From: the human T2T-CHM13v2.0 reference genome, Homo sapiens
Assembly: GCF_009914755.1 (NCBI RefSeq)
Contig: NC_060948.1
Strand: one strand, 5' to 3'
Length of the DNA stretch: 64,000 bases
Below, piece after piece: positions 55,303 through 64,000 of the stretch. The notes under the pieces were generated by a model. It ran no database searches, was not told the origin of the DNA, and saw only the letters and a program-made list of their open reading frames with translations. The stretch's first letter is position 1; every line of letters starts with the position of its first letter. The translations under genes were made by a program, and so were the position numbers.

Positions 55303-56155
55303 TGATTTATTTTGAATATATTAGCTTTATGGGTAGATACACATTCATATATGTACAAAAATGCAATTGATGTGAGAAGATGAATATTTCTACATTTTAT
55401 CTTATGATTTCATGGAGTTGCTATTTTACCTTTTCCTTTCTTTATCTTTATATGTTTAATGGGAAGATCCTCAGTGAAGACCCCTCACTGTGATAGACAA
55501 AATATTGTACAATAAATCATGGATAGATGCAGTGAAGTAACTTCTGGTTTTTATTTGGAGATCTCATAGCTGGGATTAAAAACTCTGGTGGTAAAAATCA
55601 CCTGATGAGGACTTTTAATATGCTGTCTTCTTCTGCACATTTTCCCACCATCACAATTTTTTGAATTTCCCAAGAAAAAATGTGGAAAATTATTTCCCTC
55701 ATACCTACTCATCTCCCTTTTATAGGTTTTCAGGTTATGCTTTGTGCAGATTGCTTAGAAGCTCACGATCACAGACATCATATTTGTCAAGAGAAAGCTT
55801 TGTTGAACCAGGATTAAGTGTAGGTGTTTACCTCCTAAGGGCCCATGGTTCCTCTAGAGGTTGGATGGATCTTCAAAACCATTACTGAATCCAGGAACTG
55901 AAGACAGAATTTGAGGGCATTGAAAAATGCTCCCTTTTGATTTCCAAGTGTTCGCTGCTTATTCTGGCATTAATCTTGATTGTGACCACGATGTTTCTCT
56001 TAGTCATCTTTCCTGGTACACCACTGATTGTGCATCTAAGGAAAAGAGGCCTGAATGAGAGTGTTAAGGAGAACAACAGCATCTTTCTTAGCTGATGCCT
56101 CGGTGAGCTTTGAAGCACATTGAGCAGAGTCTGAAATCCTTCCTTAATATAGGAT

Positions 56156-56629
56156 AAGTTGCATCAAATTCAACTCCCATAGAAATGGCACCAGGTTCAA
56201 GATGTCAAAGAAGAGACTTAGAACAAGTGAATGAGATACGGAGTTTTACTGGGGACTTAAAAAGAGGGGAAAAAGTCCACTGTCAGTGGGCTTAGCATGA
56301 TAACCATTCCCACTTACAAAAAGCATGCAGTTTGTATAGCATTGTTATTTAGCACTTTTTTCAACAACTTTTCACCTGTCAGCATTTATTTAACAAAAAA
56401 GGAGTGGCCTCAGTCCCCTGTGTGGTCTGTATTCCATGCCACAGGATGGAACAGACCTGGTACTGAGATATTCCTCATAAAGAAAGAATAATTTTCAGGT
56501 TAGCCACTACTAGGTTTTTTATCTTGGATCTCTGGGCACTCAGAAGCTTTTTTTTTTTTTTTTTAATACAAGGTCAGTCTCCAGGTATGCCCAAGTCAAG
56601 TTAACACTGTCAGTTTCATCCATCATACA
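56156..56629 (-). mobile_element. LTR32 solo LTR (ERVL)
   Basis: 'atggcaccaggttcaaga...gaagagac', 'aaaaagcatgcagtttgtatagcatt' and 'caggtatgc...ctgtcag...cataca' match LTR32 antisense. Confidence 0.8.
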
Positions 56630-56956
56630 GGCTGGTTAAGGCAGTGGAGGGTCTTCTTCCTGAGACTCTAAATTCAAAATGGTTTGATTTTTCTTAAATC
56701 CTTGAGTTGACAGTTTACTAAAAGGCCCATTGTGTGTGCACATTGCTGGTATGGTTGTCTAAGATAATGAGATGGCTTCTTAGTTGGTAGGGTGTGTTTC
56801 TGTTACAGGTGTGACTGGGTTTGTACAGGCTGCTGAGGTGCCCCTTCTCCAGACTGTCATTGGATCATGACATTCTGGGGTCCCAGTTCCACTATTTCCC
56901 AAGGTGGGACACGCTGACGCAGAACCTGAAATTGTGATTCACGGTGACTAGGCTGA

Positions 56957-57348
<392 letters not shown>

Positions 57349-59556
57349 TCTAATTTATCTTTTGGTATGGAGAGCAGAAAACAGTCTGAGGATGTGACAG
57401 CCCTCCTCCTAGAGTTGGCACTATTTATGCATGGTTCTTAAGTGTCAAGGTAGGTTGAGAGATCTCTCTTCCTGGCACAGCCTGAGTGGGCTAGAGTGCT
57501 GTGACCCTTAACTCTAGTCATGCAGCCTTCAGAGGAATTTCAAAAACCACCGGATGTGGGGGATAGAGAAAGAGCTGGTACAAATGACAAGTTGTAGGTA
57601 AAATAATTGGAGACAGGAAGAGAATGGGACCTGCTTGGGTCAGTGCACACACTGCATGGGTGCAGCTTAACAGTCAATCCATTTCTCTGATTTGGCCCTT
57701 GTGTCATGGAATTAACATGTCCACTTCTGCTCTGGCCTCGGAGCTGAACTCTTTGTTTCTAGAACCAAATTTAAATTCTCATCTCTGGAATTACATTTGG
57801 GTTTCACAGGCCACTGGAGTGGGGAGGCCCAGGTGCGCCCACAAAAGAGGCTGTTGTTGGGCTTTCCTCACATGAGTTTTGTGCCTACGCTCACAAGGAT
57901 AAGGGATCTTCTTCCTCAAGGCATGCCAGGAAGGCTTATGGGAGCCAGTGAAGAAAAAAGGTGATGCCTCAGCCCAGTGCTGTTGCCCCTCCTGGCTTGT
58001 GGCTTTGGGCTCTCAATCATGCTCATCAGAAAAATGAGCAATGAAAGCCCCTCAGTGACTGACTGCTTACCCCACCTTTACCATGCCACAGGACAGTGCC
58101 ACCCCTGAAGCTCCAAGTACAGCCTGTGCTTCAAAAAACTGAAGAATCTCTCGGTTCAGTTCAGGGCCCTAAGAGGGTTCTCCCCTGCAGGGAACTCTGA
58201 TGCCTACCCCTCCTTGCCCAACTGACAGCTAAGCATGTCTGCTGTGTTGCACCCTTGTTGCCTGCTCTTATCAAGCCCGTGTCTCCATGAATTGACTAGG
58301 GGCACAGGCTCACTGAAGCCCAAGTGACCTGTCTAACACTCCTTCAACGCACAGCCTCAGGCATGTGCCATACAGGTTTCTCCTAGAATGTAATCTTAGG
58401 GTGTCACACCACCAAATTCTGCTCTAACTTTTGGACTAGCTAATCAGTAAGTCACTTAATGTTCCAAGATGGGTGTGAGCCTTGACTCTCTTTATCTCCT
58501 TCCTCTAGTGGGGCTGCATTGTGGGTTGCCATCCTGATTTCTTTGTGGAAAAAGATAGCAGATGAGGCAGGACCCAAGGGCCAGGGACAGGACAGAACAC
58601 CTAGGCTGGCCTCCCCTAATGCCCTCTGAGGTCCCTGCAGGAGAGAGGGCTCAATGGAGTTCCAGGCCCCTTTTCTAGGATGGTGGGAATAGCCCCTTCC
58701 TGGACCACCAAGAAAAGCCTACTGTTTCTGCAACCTGCACCTACGTGTCTCTAGATGAGCATCCGTTTATCTTTGTGGTCATGGCCTTCTGCTTCATTTC
58801 CATAAGATATTCTCCTGGAACAAATGCCTAGGGAATCCTGGGCCTATAGTGAAGGTTCTCAAAGTGCCAAAGTCCATAAGATTCTCAAAAACATAATTAG
58901 TAGTATTTTCTACACATTGCTGTCTCAGGGTTGATTTTGCCAAATAATGTGTAAAAACAAATATTAAAATTTTTATCCTTTACATTATTTTAATTACATC
59001 ATCATACAGAGCTTTTATTTTCTGAAATTTATTGTTATACCAATCATTGAATTTTTCTTTTCTTCTTTGTCCAAATCGTTACCTGTTTTAGACACCAAAT
59101 CTTAAAAAAAATGCTGCACAAATGCTGATAGGTGACAGCAATTTATTTAAAATTTAATCAAGTTTCTTAAATAAGTAAATAATTTCAGTAAACTTAGTTT
59201 ATGTTATTTACATAAATTATTTTTCATCTTATCCTCAATCTTAAAATAAGGTTATCTTGGTATGCAATTCAAAATCAACAGATTTTTTTAAATAGGCAAA
59301 TTAAAAACATTTTTTGGACATGTTGGGTAATATAATTCTCAAATAGCTTATCTTTCTCAAGTAAAAAAAGAAATCAACGCACTTGAAAATTGATATTCAT
59401 AGTATCTTTAAAAGTTACATTATGAATATGCTTTTATAGTTGCCAAAAACTTAGTAAACCTAAATCTAGTCTTCCACAGTAAAACTTAAAGATTATACAA
59501 AGGAGATTAAATTTACAGGCTAAATTTCCCACAAAAAATTAAAAAGATTCTTTGCT

Positions 59557-60710
<1,154 letters not shown>

Positions 60711-61199
60711 GTGAGATTCACTAGTGCAGCATTGGTTACAATTATGCTCTCCTCGTATGCAGAATTAATGTCATTTATTTACTATAGATATTTTAAATTT
60801 CTCACTTGAGACCACAGGCTAATTTTAAAAGGAATATTTATTTCTAATTACATAGCTTCCATTACATACCTAGTATTGTATTTGTTTACTTCATGTGTAT
60901 GTCAAAAAGACCTCATGACTTACTAAACGTTCTATTGTTTACTTAAATATATTGGCCCAATAAAATTAATAAACTCAATTCTGTCAACTTTATAGAGTAA
61001 AATAGTCAATAAGTAAACAAAAAAATTGGATTAAATAGAATTCTAAAATTGAAAAAATACAAAATGTACTAAATAAATAGCATACCATACATGCACTGTA
61101 AAATTACTCACATGTAAAAATTATTTTCCGAATAGCGTTACATTTTATCAAAGTCACTTTCATAATTTCTGAGGGGATTGTACAGAGAATGTCTTTTCA

Positions 61200-61498
61200 C
61201 TTGTTTGTTTGTTTTGAGATGAAGTTTTGCTTTGTTGCTCAGGCTGGAGTGCAATGGCACCATCTTGGCTCACTGTAATGTTCATCCCCTGGGTTAAAGT
61301 GATTCTCCTGCCTCAGCCTCCTGAGTAGCTGGGATTACAGGAGCCCGCCATCATGCCCACCTAATTTTTGTATTTTTAGTAAAGACAGCATTTCACCGTG
61401 TTGGCCAGGCCGGTCTGAAACTCCTGATCTCTGGAGATCCACCTGCTTCAGCCACTCAAAGTGCTGGGATTTCAGGCATGAGCCACCAAGCACAGTCC
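61200..61498 (-). mobile_element. Alu (S-type)
   Basis: Antisense dimer with (TTTG)n tail. Confidence 0.93.
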
Positions 61499-62706
61499 AA
61501 AGAAAGTGTTATGAACTTTGATGAAAAGAAAATTATATATTATGTCTAGGGTGAGCAACAGGCTAACCTACAAAAAAAGAAAAATTTGCAGAAGATGATT
61601 CTAAGCCACTAGCAATCACATTTTAAATCAAGGAGCTTAATACAAAGCAGAGAAAATAGATTTGCTTTGAAAATCTTTGAAGTTTCTGGCTTGCTGGTAA
61701 GATGTCAACACTTGTAAAAGGATTTGTTTCATTTTAATATTTTTATTTTCTTCTCAATGTAACCAACCATAAATAAATATGATTATTTTCTAGAAGTTTG
61801 TTACATACCTAGAGTTTATTTTACAGTAATATATTTCTTATATTTAAATTCATGTAAATCAAAACTAAAGGTCTGTGTGTGTTTATCAGAGCAGAGCAGT
61901 CATACCTTTAATAGAGAAAAAGTAGGATCAAATTTTATAAATAGTTGTTCAGTATTCAGAAACATAGAGCTCCGTTATACTAATATGATCTTCATTACAA
62001 CCATCATAATAACCTGTAGTTACAAGGAAAAAAAATGTAAGTTGTAAAAACCACACTTTCCAAATTATTTCATTTTAAAAACCACTGACAAAGGAATCAC
62101 TACAGATGTTATTCCACTGTCTCTCAGTAGTATATTGTTACCATCAGTTACCTACAGCCTTGGTTAAGATGGGATAACTTATCATCAGTTGCAAGATACA
62201 CATTCAATGTCAAATAGCTTTAACAAAATAACAATATTGATTTACTAAAAGAAATTAAGTCCACGCATTTTCATTAAAAAGGCATTTTGGAATTCACTTT
62301 ATTCCAATTACCTTAATTTGCAAATGGTAAAGCAATGTCCAACTAAAAATCAAATTGTTTCTCTCACTATGCAGAATGTTGCCCTTACTCCACTCCTATC
62401 ATCCTGTCATTTATGATACTGTCGTAAACCAACAACTAAGTTGCCTTTGTACATAGAAATTCTTCAGGTATCTTAGATTTCTGTTTTCTTAATCTTCCAT
62501 GGAAAAGTGTATAAATCTGTCCTTGTAATATAGAAGAACCTCTCATAACTCTGGTGCAGCAGCTATTGACCATGCTCTTTCACATAAATTCTAGAAATAA
62601 AGATATATCACCAAAGGTAAGAGATGAATTACATCAATATTTGCTTTTGAAAATATATGTTCTCAAAAAATATTAAATTCTTTTAATATAAAAAGTATAT
62701 TCCTTT

Positions 62707-63740
62707 TAGAGGAAGGTGATCAAGATTGCTGACTAGAAAGAGGCAGCTAGACTCTGTAGTTCTCATAGACAGGAATGCAAGGTGTGCATAAATACGTGAC
62801 GTTCAGCTGAAACACCAGGTACTTGCATTGAGACTAATCAAAGAAGCAACTTAACATAAGGAGAATGGAGTAAAGCAAGGCAGGACACCGGGACACCTGA
62901 AAGCAACATGGAGCCAGGGACACCTTCACAGCCAGTAAGGCAGTAAGTGAATGCATGATCCTGGGAACCCATGATTCTTCCACAGATCTTTGCAACCCTC
63001 AGGTAAGGTGATCCCCTAATAAACCCACTTCACCGGGGCCTTTTGTATAATGCACATAGCTACAGGGAGTCTCAGCAGAGCAGCCACTCAAGACTGCAGT
63101 GATTCAAGAGCCTTAGATTCGCTGACTTTCCAGCCTTCCCAGAAAAATTCGCTGGAACTCCAGCAAAGCAGGAGGTTACAATCTTGAACATATCCATAGG
63201 AAAAAGGCAGAATTCAGGGCGCTTAGCATTGATGGTCTGTAGGACGCATTTTCTCAGTGCCTCACAGGGTAAGATGTACTGGCTTAGAATTCCAGCCAAC
63301 CATTGGTAGCAGCACTGCATCTCCCTGGGATGGAACTACCAGAAAGAGGAGTGGGCCGTCATCTTTGCTGCCTGGGAAACTTAGCCATTTCAGCCTTCAG
63401 GCTTTGAAGAGCCCAAGCTGACTAGAATCACAAAGCATAGTACAGGTGCTCTAGAAAGACATGGCCAGACTGCCTGTTAAAGCAGGTCCCCAATCTCCTT
63501 CTTCCTCACTGGAAAGTACTTCCTGATGAGTTTCTCCAGCTAACACCACTGGTACTCTTTGGTTGATGGAATTTTGAAAACTTTTTGGGCTACAGTTCCT
63601 AGAGCAAAGAGTGAGCTGCCATTTTTCCTGTTTGTGTCACTTACCTGTTCCATCCTTCTGGCTTTGGAGAATCCAAATAAACTGGATGGAAGTGGTACCT
63701 CTGCACAGCAGACCTGTTCTACAAAAGATGGTTACAGTGC
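62707..63740 (+). mobile_element. L1PA13-16-type 5' UTR
   Basis: 'caagattgctgactagaaagaggcagctag...gcattgagactaatcaaagaagcaact...ggagaatggagtaaagcaagg' resembles an old primate L1 5' end. Confidence 0.75.
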
Positions 63741-63858
63741 TTCCTTCCTTCCTTCCTTCCTTCCTTCCTTCCTTCCTTCCTTCCTTCCTTCCTTCCTTCC
63801 TTTCTTCCTTTCTTTCTTTCTCTTTCCTTCCTTCCTTCTTTCTTTCTTTCTTTTCTTT

Positions 63859-63904
<46 letters not shown>

Positions 63905-64000
63905 TTCCTTCCTTCCTTCTTTTTCTTTCATTTTCTCTCTTTCTCTCTCTCTTTCTCTTTCTTTCTTTCTTTCTCTCTTTCTCTTTCTTTCTTTCTTTCT
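63741..64000. repeat. (CCTT)n/(TTTC)n microsatellite running off the window end
   Basis: Direct reading. Confidence 0.97.

Noticed and set aside
62380-62610. Exon-like minus-strand segment (acceptor at 62591; 'TRVMRGSSI' faintly V1R-like, 'NLCERAW' faintly TPTE-like)
   Set aside because: Stops in all frames, and the similarities are too short to assign.

Overview
Human (primate) genomic DNA, repeat-dense, with no intact protein-coding gene that I can support. An AluYa5 carrying all five diagnostic bases points to human. Positions 1 to ~32.4 kb are ordinary euchromatic sequence with nested MIR/L2/L1/Alu/MER/MLT remnants. Positions 32,429-41,417 hold a defective ERV9/HERV9 provirus: complete 5' LTR12, tRNA-Arg PBS, disrupted gag-pro-RT-RNaseH, no integrase, an env fragment, and a 3' LTR cut off at the end of U3. 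From ~45.5 kb the character changes: a diverged beta-satellite array, an L1/MER61-type ERV nest, LTR32, an AluYa5, and an Alu-interrupted, 5'-truncated TRIM60 pseudogene. This looks like a duplicated pericentromeric/KRAB-ZNF-cluster/Y-amplicon-type block (inference). I found no convincing new biological system; the findings concern insertion and rearrangement history and candidate regulatory structures. Repeat subfamily names come from recognising consensus sequences from memory. Boundaries of old repeats are approximate and need RepeatMasker/Dfam confirmation.
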